NCBI GenBank assembly: GCA_964106645.2
Contig: CAXKZF020000137.1
DNA length: 64,000 nt
Strand: one strand, 5' to 3'
Source: Podarcis pityusensis
Lineage: Eukaryota
Made by a program: the position numbers and the translations under genes. This document shows positions 50,559-60,999 of the stretch, piece by piece. The stretch's first letter is position 1. Each line of letters begins with the position of its first letter. The notes under the pieces were generated by a model. It saw only the letters and a list, made by a program, of their open reading frames with translations, was not told the origin of the DNA and made no database searches.

Positions 50559-51653
50559 ATGCCCTCGCGCACCCGTACCGCCGCCACGCTGCTCGCCTTC
50601 ACCGGGCTGACGCTCGGGGCGCCGGTCGCCACCGCCCATGCCGCCGACCCGGTGCCCGTCACCGCGGCGACGCCGGTCGTGTCGGACCGGGCCTGCGGGG
50701 TGGGGCAGGACACGATCGTCATCCCGGAGACGGAGGGCGTGACCTACTCGATCACCGCCGACGGCGACCGCCTGATCTTCCCGGAGGGAGTCGAGCTGCC
50801 GGGCGTCATCGCGGCGCTCTTGACGGACGGGGGGTCCGAGGACCCCTTCGAGGTCTGGCCCGACGAGCTGACGCTGACGCTCGACGTCACGGCCGACGAG
50901 GGCTACGTCCTTGCCCCGGGGAGCGCCGAGACCGTCGAGGTGACCCTCGATAGCACCGGGTGCGCCCCTGTGGAGCAGCCCTCCGTCGTGGTGGAGAGCA
51001 CGGAGTGCGAGTCGGTGACGCTCACCAACCCCTCGGACGCCGAGGTCACGGTCATGCTCGAGGACTGGGAGAGCTGGGAGCCGACGAGCTCCGTCGAGGA
51101 GACCCTGGCCCCCGGCGCGACCGAGACGCTCACCGTGGTCGAGGGGAACTACGACTGGTTCGCCCTCGACTCGCGGGCCGCCTCCTCGTTCTTCCTCGGC
51201 GAGCCCGACGACGGTGACTTCGAGGAGGGCATGTCGAGCACGACCCTCGCGAAGAAGTCTCTAGAGGACGTGACGACAGACCTGCCCCGCGCGCTCGGCG
51301 GACGCGCTGCCCAGGCGGACGACTACACGCCCACCGCCGAGGACCTCGAGGAGCTGCGACAGATCGGCCTCCTCATCGACGGGCTCGAGTCCGGCGCCTA
51401 CTTCTTCGGCACGGGCATGGTCCAGGTCGAGTCGTGCGACGACGCGACGTCGGAGCCGACGCCGCCGGTCACCCCGGTGGACGTCGACGGCGCGCCGGGT
51501 ACCGCAGACCCCGCCGACGAGGCGCCCCGTGTGCCCGCGGTGGTCCAGACCGACGGCGGCTCGCTCGACCGCAGCCCGGTCGGCGGGCTCGTGCTCGTCG
51601 GCGGGCTCCTCCTGGGCGCCGGCGCTGTCGTGCGCCGCGTGGTGCGGGGCTGA
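50559..51653 (+). CDS. acidic surface protein with signal peptide and PAVVQTDGG-TM-basic tail
   Basis: AHA cleavage site, IPETEGVTY, VTADEGY, C-terminal anchor. Confidence 0.75.
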   Translation: MPSRTRTAATLLAFTGLTLGAPVATAHAADPVPVTAATPVVSDRACGVGQDTIVIPETEGVTYSITADGDRLIFPEGVELPGVIAALLTDGGSEDPFEVWPDELTLTLDVTADEGYVLAPGSAETVEVTLDSTGCAPVEQPSVVVESTECESVTLTNPSDAEVTVMLEDWESWEPTSSVEETLAPGATETLTVVEGNYDWFALDSRAASSFFLGEPDDGDFEEGMSSTTLAKKSLEDVTTDLPRALGGRAAQADDYTPTAEDLEELRQIGLLIDGLESGAYFFGTGMVQVESCDDATSEPTPPVTPVDVDGAPGTADPADEAPRVPAVVQTDGGSLDRSPVGGLVLVGGLLLGAGAVVRRVVRG

Positions 51654-51670
51654 CGGACCCGGTGCGGGTG

Positions 51671-51892
51671 ATGGGCGGTGCCATCGCGGACGACGACAGG
51701 CGGCGCGAGCGGATCACCTGGTCGGTGGTCGCGGCGGGCGCAGCTCTCCTCCTGATGACCGGGTACGCCTTCCCCACCGCCGCCCTGATGGTCCTGCTCC
51801 TCGTCGCGCTCCCGCTCGGGCTGCTGGCGCTGGTCGTGGCAGTCGTCCTCACCGTGGCGAACGTCGCGCTGAGCAGCGGCAGCCGCCACTGA
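51671..51892 (+). CDS. small membrane protein
   Basis: Two long hydrophobic segments. Confidence 0.5.
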   Translation: MGGAIADDDRRRERITWSVVAAGAALLLMTGYAFPTAALMVLLLVALPLGLLALVVAVVLTVANVALSSGSRH

Positions 51893-52079
51893 CGAACTCG
51901 CGTAGAAGAAACCAGAACGGCACAACCCCCACCTACCCTCACGAGGCGAGGCGGCCGCGGTTGATACGTTCACACCCTTCGCGATTGCTCTCGCGCCGCG
52001 CACCAGCACGATCCCCTTCCGGGTAGGGCTTCACAGCTCGCTTCTTGGGCCCCCGCAGGAGAAGCCATGTCTGACGTCG

Positions 52080-52499
52080 TCAGTGGGCTGGCCCAGCTTC
52101 ACCTGAGGCAGCAGCGGTCGTAGCACTGACGAAAGAGTGAGCACGACTGGCTCTGGCGTCGGCAGGACCTTCGTAGGGATGACACGACCCCATCTGGTAG
52201 TGCCGGCGAAGCCCAGACCACATCTCCTCAATAACCTGTCCTTGGACGGGCACCATCGGTGACCGATGGATCATCTCCTTGGTGAACGCCACCTGCAGTT
52301 GTCCACCCTGACCAACGGCTGAGTGCCTCAGAGGTACGAGCCTGGCCTCTCGATCCTCCGAAACGAGGCTGACCAGCACCCACCCGGCGCATCGACTCAG
52401 ACAACACCCGTGGAACCAGCACGCCGTTCCTAACGATTCTCCGTAGGTGTCGATGACCATCCCACCTTCGACCACGCCAGATTCGTGCAACCGAAACAT
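52080..52499 (-). pseudogene. degenerate PRC-barrel domain protein
   Basis: VIDTYGESLG..WVLV..LVPL..LQVAFTKEMIHRSP..LRRHY. Confidence 0.45.
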
Positions 52500-53365
52500 G
52501 TCAACCCCTCCTACTTGCCGGTGCGCTTATCGCACATGCGAAGGGCGCTACATCTCTCTCATGGTGCCTCACCTGCTCGGCAACTGCCCTACCACCTAGT
52601 ACTGCGGCAGAGCAGCACGTGCCGTCTCAAAGGAGCGCTCAGCGAGCAATGCCGAAGTCAACGCCGCTGAAGGCGCGATCGCGATGACCATGGCGAGAAC
52701 TAGCACGGGCGTCGAGTTTGGTGACACCGGGTCTGCCAGCAGCGCTTGGACGCGAACGACCACAGCCATGCCGGCTGCGCCAAGAACAACCCGGCTCTCT
52801 CTGTTTGCAGTCCGGGCATCGTGACGAATAAGTGCAGCGTGGGCAATTGCACGGGCGGTCATCTGCCGATCTCCGGTGGTGGCTGCGGCCTCCTCGTCTG
52901 CCCATCGTTCGACGCAGTCGCGCACGACAGGCGCGCGGGTTCGCACCCAGCCCCGCCAGTCGTCCACTCGGGCGGGAGGTCTGTCCTGTGGGTCCCTGTG
53001 CACTGCGTCAGCGTTCGAAGCAACAGCTGAGGCTCCCTACATTCCCCCGCCGGATAGCTCCTCAGGGTCTTCTGCCAATTGGCGAGCGACGAACTGGTCG
53101 CTTCCGCCTGCCAGTCGTTCTTGTCGGTACGCCTCCACGGTCTCAGGATCTAGATGCAACAGGGCAAGACATTCACCGAACTGGTCACAGATGGCGACGT
53201 ACTCGCCGTCCTCACTGCCGCGTCCCGACCTGTGAGCTACGTAGCCGTGGACATCCGCGAACGCTGCGATGTCGTCTGCGAGCTGCTCGCGTTCTTGCTG
53301 GTACTGCTCGACGCCATCAGAGGGAACCCACCACGCATCCACTCGCTGCCAACGCGCTCGACTAC

Positions 53366-53565
53366 NNNNNNNNNNNNNNNNNNNNNNNNNNNNNNNNNNN
53401 NNNNNNNNNNNNNNNNNNNNNNNNNNNNNNNNNNNNNNNNNNNNNNNNNNNNNNNNNNNNNNNNNNNNNNNNNNNNNNNNNNNNNNNNNNNNNNNNNNNN
53501 NNNNNNNNNNNNNNNNNNNNNNNNNNNNNNNNNNNNNNNNNNNNNNNNNNNNNNNNNNNNNNNNN
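53366..53565. other. assembly gap (200 N)
   Basis: Run of N. Confidence 1.
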
Positions 53566-54294
53566 CCCAGAGCCGTCGACGGGCGTGTCAGCGCCTCACG
53601 TGCTGCGGGCGGGTCGAGATCGCGCAGTGCTCGGTAGGCGAAGCGCTCAGCATGGGTGACCGCGTCTGTCACAACATCGGGGGTATGGCTCAGCCCAGCT
53701 GCGACGAACGCTGCCGGCACCGCAGGAGCAGCGTCCTGCAGCTCCTGCCACGCGTAGGCCAACGTCCGCAGCGACGCGGCATCACCCGACTGCAGCTCGT
53801 CGACGAGGACAACCAGCCCACGCCGGTCGCTCTCTAGGGCCAGGGCGAGCCATTCGCGCGATCACCTCGCGCACCGCCCTGGTACGCCCCCGCTCCTCGC
53901 CCGGGCTGCCCTCGACCTCTACCGACAACGCCCCAGGGACACCAGCAGTGACTTGGAACCGGTCGACCCACCGCGCGAGGAGATCACCCTCGCCCCACGG
54001 CTTGCCCAGCTCCGCGAGCTCATCGACGAGCGTTGCCGACAACGACCCGTCACCAGCAGTGACGAACACCGTGGCCAGACGCATCTCCTCTTCAGCAAGG
54101 CGTTGAACCCGGCGCAACAAGCTGGTCTTGCCCACTCCACGCGGACCGGTGAGCACCCAGGCGCGGCCTGCGAGACGCTGCTCGAACACGACCCTGCTGA
54201 GGACCCCGCTGATCTCCGCCAGCTGATCATCACGCCCCGGGACCTCGCGGGCCATCTCCCCCGGCGTGAACGGACTCGCCTGCATCACCTTCAC
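53566..54294 (-). CDS. AAA+ ATPase, paralog of 808-2130; frameshift near 53835, 3' end lost in gap
   Basis: SPFTPG..GR, GPRGVGKT, LVDELQ, HAERF. Confidence 0.8.
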
Positions 54295-54307
54295 CCCTTT
54301 ACTGGTC

Positions 54308-54331
54308 CTTATAGTTGAGTGAACCTATAAG
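54308..54331. promoter_or_regulatory. palindromic operator upstream of second AAA ATPase
   Basis: cttatag-N10-ctataag. Confidence 0.55.
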
Positions 54332-54923
54332 ACCGTATATCGCGCTGTCCCGGTTTGCGCCCATCCGCTCAAGTAGGTGGTGGCAGCGACGTCGAGATTG
54401 GCCCCCACCGGGCGACGGTGCAGCAGGTGGGTACGGAACAACGCAGCCCCCGAGGTAGACGGCGAGGGGTATCAGGGGACCACCGCAACTTCAGCTCGAC
54501 AAGCCCACCGACCAGGCGCACATCTGCAGACCGACGAGTGGTTGATCATCCCGTGGGCATCACCGCCACTCACACGCCCAGAGTCCTTGCTGTGCTGCTC
54601 TGCCCTGGGCGCCGACCCGCCCGCGCGGGACGACGGCGGTGGCGGCGGTCAGAGGGCAAGCCGTCACGGTGCGAGGCGGGCGACCATCCACCGGCTGGAG
54701 ATCCACAGACGAACGAAGTGGCTCGTCGAGCTGTCCGGGGTGAAGCTCGACCAGTTGCCGTACCCAAGGACGCGGTGTCCGACGTCATGATGTAGGTCAT
54801 CAGAGCTCGTGCTCAACACGCGCACGTGGATCCATCGTCCGTTGGGGGGATGGCTGACTCCTCGCACGGTGTCGAGCTCGATGACGTCAGCGTTGTCACT
54901 CTTGGTGCGGCCCGTGTGCCTGA

Positions 54924-55484
54924 TCACCCACTGACTGCTACAGGATGGTCCTGCTCCTCGACGACCCGGGCGAGGCGGCGGGCGTCATACGCGACGTCGA
55001 AGTAGAAGTCGTCCCAGCTGATGCGCCTGCCCCTCCAACGTGCAGCGAAACAGGAACGGGCTTGCGGGTCGCCCTCGTAGATGGCGATGAGCTTGGCGAT
55101 CGCAGCGGCCGCCGACAGAACCGGTACCAGGGCGTGGCCGTGCCGGGGATGCACCACCAGCCGATCTCGTCCATCACCGTCGGCGCCGTCCTCGACGGTG
55201 GGATCTACGAGGGAGGGGTCGATTTCTGGGAGACGCAATTCGTATACGTCTCCGGTCTTGGTGACGACGCTGCGATGCTCCTGGTGCAGCTGACCTGCGT
55301 GCGTGTCGAAGTCGTAGCGGCAGCCTGGGTCGTGGGGCGCGTTGACGCGATGGGTGAGTCTGTAGAGGGGGTCCACCCGGGTGCCGTCCCGTTGCGGGTA
55401 CCCACGTACGGAGTGCACCTCGGTGGAGCATCCGCCACAGCGCAACGGCACCTCGAATGGTTGCGGATCCTTCTCGATCGCCAT
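54924..55484 (-). CDS. hypothetical protein with Cys/His motif
   Basis: LRCGGC..HDPGCRY; may continue in another frame toward 54790. Confidence 0.5.
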   Translation of the reverse strand: MAIEKDPQPFEVPLRCGGCSTEVHSVRGYPQRDGTRVDPLYRLTHRVNAPHDPGCRYDFDTHAGQLHQEHRSVVTKTGDVYELRLPEIDPSLVDPTVEDGADGDGRDRLVVHPRHGHALVPVLSAAAAIAKLIAIYEGDPQARSCFAARWRGRRISWDDFYFDVAYDARRLARVVEEQDHPVAVSG

Positions 55485-55765
55485 GCGGCCAAATACGCGC
55501 CCCGTGCTGTCGACAGCCTTCGGGATCCCACCCGATGCCCCATGTGTCCTCCCTTGATCGCGCCACCCGTATCACGGTCTCTACCAGTGTGATGTGGAAC
55601 TGTCGCGACGCAACCGGACACCTGCGATGCTGCTGAAGAGCGACCACACCAGGACCGACGACGAGGACGACCCTGACCACTGCTGCCGCCGCACCTGCCC
55701 AGGCAGCGCACCTGGCGGCCCTCCGGCTGGCACCTCTGGTGGTCATCGCGTCTGAACTTGTGTCA

Positions 55766-56152
55766 CTACCGCTTGACCCTCCCGCCCGAGCGGCAGATCG
55801 GAAAGCTCGGGTCGGTATGAACCCCGCACTGAGAGCAGATCGGGACATGGCGGGTCGTCAGCTTGCGGAACAGACGCCCCATCGCCCACACGGCTGCACA
55901 GGTCAGCGCCACGAAAGTCACCACCATCACCGGGCTCTCCACCTCTCGCGGCAAGAGCCACGCCGCGAGCGGAGCCACGGCCCCAGCCGCGCACACAGCA
56001 ACCAACACGATCGCGACCCAACCCAGACAGCCCGGAGTCGAGTGATAGGTCCGGTACACGATCAGCTCCTCTGGTAGCGGTCTCTTTGAGGAGATAAGCA
56101 CACCCCGGCGCCCATCGCCGCTTGAGAACCCGCGCACAGCACGACGCCGCAC
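55766..56152 (-). CDS. small membrane protein with C-terminal zinc-ribbon-like motif
   Basis: Two TM then CSQCG..CRSGG; start uncertain. Confidence 0.45.
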   Translation of the reverse strand: MRRRAVRGFSSGDGRRGVLISSKRPLPEELIVYRTYHSTPGCLGWVAIVLVAVCAAGAVAPLAAWLLPREVESPVMVVTFVALTCAAVWAMGRLFRKLTTRHVPICSQCGVHTDPSFPICRSGGRVKR

Positions 56153-56293
56153 AAAGCAGAAACCAGCAGGTCGCAGAACCCATCCCGACCTGCCACGTCG
56201 AAGCCCGCCGTCGCGAACCGATCGCTACCACCCGCGATCGACCCCCTCGACACGGAGCTGTGGCGCTGTCCCCTCGCACGACGCTAGGGTGGG

Positions 56294-56995
56294 TCAGCGG
56301 ACCCGCCACCGCCGGCCGACCAAGCGCGTGAGATCGACGTCGCCGGTGTCATCCCGCCAGGTCTCGGTGCGGCCGGTGGGGATCATCGCGCGTGGTGGGA
56401 TGCAGCGGGCATCGCCGACCTGATCCAGGACCGCAGCCTTGGCCAGACGGGCAGCGTGACGGTTCTTGACCTCGACGGCCTGGATGATCTCGCCGCCGGC
56501 GGTCTTGACCTTGCGGGCGGTGTCGTCGGTGGAGCCACTAGCGACACCAAGGACCCGAGCTGACCGGTAGTGCACGAGGTAGAGGGTGTGGCTCGTCAGC
56601 CAAGACACGGGCACAGCATCGGGCTGCTCAATCGTCGCGGCCAAAGATCTCTGCGCCTCGCGCACCAGCGCGGCCTGCCGATCACGGGAGGCCTGGTCCA
56701 GCGGCGGCCACAGCAGCTGGCCCTTGCCCCGCAGGATCGCCAGCTGCCGCATCCGGGGCAGGGCACGACGGGCCTGGTGGGGCATCTGGTCGGTGTCGGC
56801 GGCCTTGATCCAGCGTCGCAGGGTCGAGTCTGACACCTTCAACGCTGCGGCCGCGCGGGCGATGTGCAGCCGCCCGTCCTTGGGTGGGACCGCCGCCCAC
56901 AACCAGCACAGCAGGTCCGCCGTGGCGGGCGTGGGAGGCATCAGCTCAAGCGCGACGGGGTCCGCCGGGGTCGGGGGCGCGAACGTCGCTCTCAC
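56294..56995 (-). CDS. HTH protein coupled to tpg-like gene
   Basis: GTGA overlap; HIARAAAALKVSDSTLRRWIK. Confidence 0.65.
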   Translation of the reverse strand: MRATFAPPTPADPVALELMPPTPATADLLCWLWAAVPPKDGRLHIARAAAALKVSDSTLRRWIKAADTDQMPHQARRALPRMRQLAILRGKGQLLWPPLDQASRDRQAALVREAQRSLAATIEQPDAVPVSWLTSHTLYLVHYRSARVLGVASGSTDDTARKVKTAGGEIIQAVEVKNRHAARLAKAAVLDQVGDARCIPPRAMIPTGRTETWRDDTGDVDLTRLVGRRWRVR

Positions 56996-57669
56996 AGGTT
57001 CTTCCAGGTGAAGTCGGTCAGGTCGATCTGGACCTGACTGCCGAACCCGTCGAGGTTGCCCTCGAGGATCTCCAGCGCCTTCTCGTCCTCGCCGTCGATG
57101 AGCGCCTGGTACATCTCGTGGGTCTTGCTCGCGCTGAGGGTGAAGTTGAACGAGCGCTGGTCCCCGTTGCGGGTGTCGAAGGTGTCGACCCACACGTGCC
57201 CGGTCAGCGCACCGGCGAACGCGCTGGTCGGCGGCGCCTCACGCAACGCGCGACGGCGCGCGGGGCTGATGCTCGCCCGACGGCCCGCTGGGGAGCTCTG
57301 CCACTGGCTGCGCAGCTTCGCGCCAGCGCTCGAGCGGGGTGGGATCTTCCCGGACTTGATCCATCGCCGCACCGTCGAGGGGTGCACCCCGAGCTCGCGG
57401 GCTGCCTCGCCCACGTTCGGCCCGCCGCGCGGGCCCTTGCCGAAGGTCTCCACGACCAGGCGCTTGGCCCGCGGCCGCGGGGTCTTGTCGGTGATCGCGG
57501 ACAGCAGGTGGCGCACGCCCTTCTCCTGGGGCGTGCTTCCGGAGCGTTCCTTCTGCCGGCGCCCGCCGGGTGCCTCGATCGGGGCGGTCGACCCGTCGTC
57601 GACGGGGTCGTCGTCGCCGGGGTTCAGGCTGAAGGAGACCGGTGCGTCGTCGTCGTTGCCGGGGCTCAT
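56992..57669 (-). CDS. terminal protein (Tpg-like) of a linear replicon
   Basis: HTH NVGEAARELGVHPSTVRRWIK, WQSSP..RR segment, basic-to-acidic layout; directly after tap-like gene. Confidence 0.7.
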   Translation of the reverse strand: MSPGNDDDAPVSFSLNPGDDDPVDDGSTAPIEAPGGRRQKERSGSTPQEKGVRHLLSAITDKTPRPRAKRLVVETFGKGPRGGPNVGEAARELGVHPSTVRRWIKSGKIPPRSSAGAKLRSQWQSSPAGRRASISPARRRALREAPPTSAFAGALTGHVWVDTFDTRNGDQRSFNFTLSASKTHEMYQALIDGEDEKALEILEGNLDGFGSQVQIDLTDFTWKNL

Positions 57670-60083
57670 GACTTACCTGCTTCGGTGGCGATCGTGATCG
57701 GGGTCAGGGCGCTCATGCCGCGCTCGTAGTTCCACCGCGTAGAGCCGCCGGCGTGGTCGGGGAGGTGCTCGGGACCCCACTGCGCGAGGGGCGCGACCCC
57801 GACGGGCTTCCACTGGCCGGCGCCGGTGCCGTACTTGCCGGGCTTGCCAGGCCAGGCCTGCTGCGGGTCGTCGGTGCTCACCGCGTACAGCACGGTGTCA
57901 CGAGAAACCACGAGCGGGGAGATCCCGCTGAGCGTCTGGGCGTCGACGAGGGTCCGTAGCAGCGCGGTGCGGGCGGCGCCGACGACGTGGTCGCGCCACG
58001 CCGGCTGGCGCAGGTGCGCCTGGGTGGGCGGGTACTCCGTGGAGGCGAACTTCTGCACCATCGTGGCGTACACCTGCTTGACCGCGGCAGCCACTGCGGG
58101 GCTGGCCTCGGCGCGCGCAGCTTTGAGGTTTCGCCCGACCCGTTCGAGGTAGCGGGCGGTGTCGCGCCACACCCACGCCTCGCGGTAGGTCAGCAAGTCG
58201 GGCAGGTGCTCGTCGAGGATCTGCAGCTGCTTGAGGGTGTGGGCGGTGACGATCCGTAGGCCCTCTGCCGGGACCATCCCGATCGCGCCGGCGGGGTCGG
58301 GCATGGTCCACACCGGGGTGTCCCACGCGTCGACGACCCAGTACCCGGGGGTCTCCTTGCCGTCCCAACGGGCGGCCTCACCGACGAGGTGCTCGACCTC
58401 GCCGACGCCGAGCTCGAGGGAGGTGAAGGGGTTGAGGAAGTGCGAGCCGTGGTCGAAGGCCATCACGTAGGTGGTGGCACGCTCGGCCTCAGTCAGCTGG
58501 GACCAGGGCCGGTACCAGGAGAAGACCCGTTCACCCTCGGTGAACCGCGCGTCGGAGCGGCGCACCGAGGGTCGTAGGAAGTCGGGCTGGACCGGGTCCT
58601 GATTGCGGGTGAGGTACCCAGGGCGTGGGGCCTTGCTCGCCGGGGTGGGCGGGCGCAGGACGTCGATGAGGTCGATGCCGGTCTGTCCGGGGCTGACCCG
58701 CCAGGTCATCCCGACGCGGTCGGCGAACTCCTGCAGCCGGTCGACCAGGGTCTGCGGGTCGACGAGCTCGTCACGCCCGTCGCCGGCGTCGCGCGCGAAC
58801 AGGGCGTTGCCCGCGTAGGTCGTCCACGGCAGGGCGGTGATGTCGGCGCCGGCGGGCAGCTCCTCGGCGTGGGTGATGCGGGTGCGCACGTCCATCCGAT
58901 CACCCGCGAGTTCCCACCCGGCGGCCAGGGCGTCCTGCACCACCGGCAGTGGGTTGAACTCGCTGAAGATCTCCTCGCGGGCTCGGGCGCGGGCCTGGCG
59001 GGTGCCGTGCCCAGCCTGCGCGACCTCGAGCGGAAGACCCAGGGACTCCAGGGCGTCGGGGTAGATGAAGATCTCCCCGCGGTCGGGCATCGCCGCTCCT
59101 CCGCCGTGCCCGAGACGGAACGTGGCTGCGAGACGGGCGAGCTCGCCGAGGTGGGTGACCCCGGTCAGGGGGTGGGTGATGCCCCCGGGCAGGTAGAGAG
59201 TGTGCCCGTCCCAGGCCGCGACCGCCGCGGCGAACCGCGACCGATCCGGTCCCTTCTGGACCTTCCTGGCAGGCCGGCTACGCGACGTCGACGTCGGTGC
59301 GGTCTCTAGTGCAGTAGCGGGCGCGGGCGCGGCCGGTCGCGCGGGCTGTGACGTCTCCTCACGACGAGTCACCTGGCCCTCATCGGCCAGGCGGGAGCAC
59401 TCGCCCTGGTGCAGGGGCGAACCATCGCGGGTGTGGGTGGCGGGGGTGCCGCACACGATGCACGGGGCGCTATGACCGGTGGGCATCCGCACGAACCCGG
59501 GCCGCGTCGGCGGCAGATCACCCGCTGCGGACTTGTCGGCCGCGTCGCGGTCCCCCTGCTCGGGGCGCGCCTGCTCTGCTGCTGCACCGGGCTCAGCGGA
59601 GGGGTCGTCCTGCAGGAGCTGGTCGACCACGGCCGCAGACAGGCCCGAGGTCTTGGCCTGCTCGCCGCGGCGCGCAGCAGCCCGGCGGGCCTGGTCCAGC
59701 TCGGCCTGGGCAGCCTTGACCCGGGCGGCATGCTCGAGCAGGTCTGCGCCGGCGTGACGATGGGCACGCACCATCGTCATGCGCTGCTCCCACCCCGCCC
59801 GCTCCCCCGGCCCGGCCCACAACGTGACGCGGATCGTCCCGTCCCGCTCGTCGACGTCAAAAGAACTGCCCACGATGTTTAACGCAGCGAGCTCGTCGAT
59901 CTGGGCCTGCACACCCGGCTCACCAGCCAGCGGCCCAGCCGGCCCAGGCTTGGGGTCTTGGGTGTGGCAGGTGAGGTACGGCACGTCACCGCTCGTGATC
60001 TCGAGGTGGGACAGCCGCTCACGCAGCTGCCCAGGCAAAGACAGCAGCGCCCAGGCCAGGGTGCGGGCCGAACTCTGAGTCAT
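57666..60083 (-). CDS. telomere-associated protein (Tap-like), PolB-type domain
   Basis: PCIVCG..H..C finger, HLGELARLA..LG, AFDHGSHFL, PGYW, KQVY, RQPAWRDHVVGAAR, PLVVSRDTVLY. Confidence 0.78.
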   Translation of the reverse strand: MTQSSARTLAWALLSLPGQLRERLSHLEITSGDVPYLTCHTQDPKPGPAGPLAGEPGVQAQIDELAALNIVGSSFDVDERDGTIRVTLWAGPGERAGWEQRMTMVRAHRHAGADLLEHAARVKAAQAELDQARRAAARRGEQAKTSGLSAAVVDQLLQDDPSAEPGAAAEQARPEQGDRDAADKSAAGDLPPTRPGFVRMPTGHSAPCIVCGTPATHTRDGSPLHQGECSRLADEGQVTRREETSQPARPAAPAPATALETAPTSTSRSRPARKVQKGPDRSRFAAAVAAWDGHTLYLPGGITHPLTGVTHLGELARLAATFRLGHGGGAAMPDRGEIFIYPDALESLGLPLEVAQAGHGTRQARARAREEIFSEFNPLPVVQDALAAGWELAGDRMDVRTRITHAEELPAGADITALPWTTYAGNALFARDAGDGRDELVDPQTLVDRLQEFADRVGMTWRVSPGQTGIDLIDVLRPPTPASKAPRPGYLTRNQDPVQPDFLRPSVRRSDARFTEGERVFSWYRPWSQLTEAERATTYVMAFDHGSHFLNPFTSLELGVGEVEHLVGEAARWDGKETPGYWVVDAWDTPVWTMPDPAGAIGMVPAEGLRIVTAHTLKQLQILDEHLPDLLTYREAWVWRDTARYLERVGRNLKAARAEASPAVAAAVKQVYATMVQKFASTEYPPTQAHLRQPAWRDHVVGAARTALLRTLVDAQTLSGISPLVVSRDTVLYAVSTDDPQQAWPGKPGKYGTGAGQWKPVGVAPLAQWGPEHLPDHAGGSTRWNYERGMSALTPITIATEAGKS

Positions 60084-60162
60084 CGTCCGTCCTCCTCGGT
60101 GTCCTACAGGGGATGGTCAGGCCCCGGTTATCTCGGTTGGATCGCCCTAACGGTAGGCGCTG

Positions 60163-60942
60163 TCACCGCTTGGGCGTTGGCACGTCGGTGCTGGGGCTGC
60201 GGGGCAGTGCCTGGCCTGGGCACTTCGCCAGAATGCGACGCATGGCTGAACGTTCTTGCGGCGTCACGCTGAGGTCGTACTTGGTCTTCACGGCGATCTG
60301 CCGAGCCGCAAGTCGGCACGTCGCCGGCTGGTCGACGTGCCGTCCGATGTCGGTGCGGCCTGGCCACGCCTGGATGGTGCGGTCCCCCTTGCTCCGGTTG
60401 CTCGAGGCCGACGTGGCGAGCAGGTTCAGGGGGTCGTTGGCCAGCGCTGCACGGGTGTCCTGGTCTGCTTGCCAAGCACCCGATCTCCACGCATCGGCCA
60501 GGCTCACGACGTGATCGATGTCGATGCTGGACTGCTCGCCTCGTCGATACCGCTCGTGCTGACCGGTGTAGGGGTCGACCAAGGATCCACTGGCAGGTGA
60601 GCACCCGCGGGATCCAGGGTCGACTACCAGGTCCTGAAGGTCGCGCCGCAGGATGTCCGATCGGGTGTCGCACCCATTCCGTGAGCCAGACACCCCCAGG
60701 GCTGCGTCGCTCCACCGTTGGCCGAAGTGCTCTGCCTCGTAACCGGGCTGCGCGTGGCGTCGCTCCGCAAGACGGTCGAGTGCGTCAGCAGCGGCGCCGC
60801 TGGGTTCTGCTTGGACCTGCTGGTCGACGGCGGCCTGGTTGCTGCCCACAGAGGTCAGCCAGCCGGGGTCTGCGTGAACGGTTGCCGCAGCCGCAGCCGC
60901 TGCGAGTACCGCGGCCGCAGTGGTCAACGCTCTCTTCGACAT
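60163..60942 (-). CDS. exported HNH endonuclease family protein (DUF1524-like)
   Basis: NGCDTRSDILRRDL, DPYTG, DIDHVVSL, ANDPLNL, NRSKGD. Confidence 0.88.
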   Translation of the reverse strand: MSKRALTTAAAVLAAAAAAATVHADPGWLTSVGSNQAAVDQQVQAEPSGAAADALDRLAERRHAQPGYEAEHFGQRWSDAALGVSGSRNGCDTRSDILRRDLQDLVVDPGSRGCSPASGSLVDPYTGQHERYRRGEQSSIDIDHVVSLADAWRSGAWQADQDTRAALANDPLNLLATSASSNRSKGDRTIQAWPGRTDIGRHVDQPATCRLAARQIAVKTKYDLSVTPQERSAMRRILAKCPGQALPRSPSTDVPTPKR

Positions 60943-60999
60943 GAGTCCGCCCTCCTATTGCGCTCTACGGTAGCGCGTTAATGAGCTAGGGCGATTCGT

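Noticed and set aside
51880-52145. cactgacg half-arms at ~51887 and ~52124 as further site-I copies
   Set aside because: They lack the central AT and a proper second arm
53037-53762. ORF running through the N gap as one protein
   Set aside because: The gap length is probably arbitrary and the part after the gap does not resemble an AAA C-terminus
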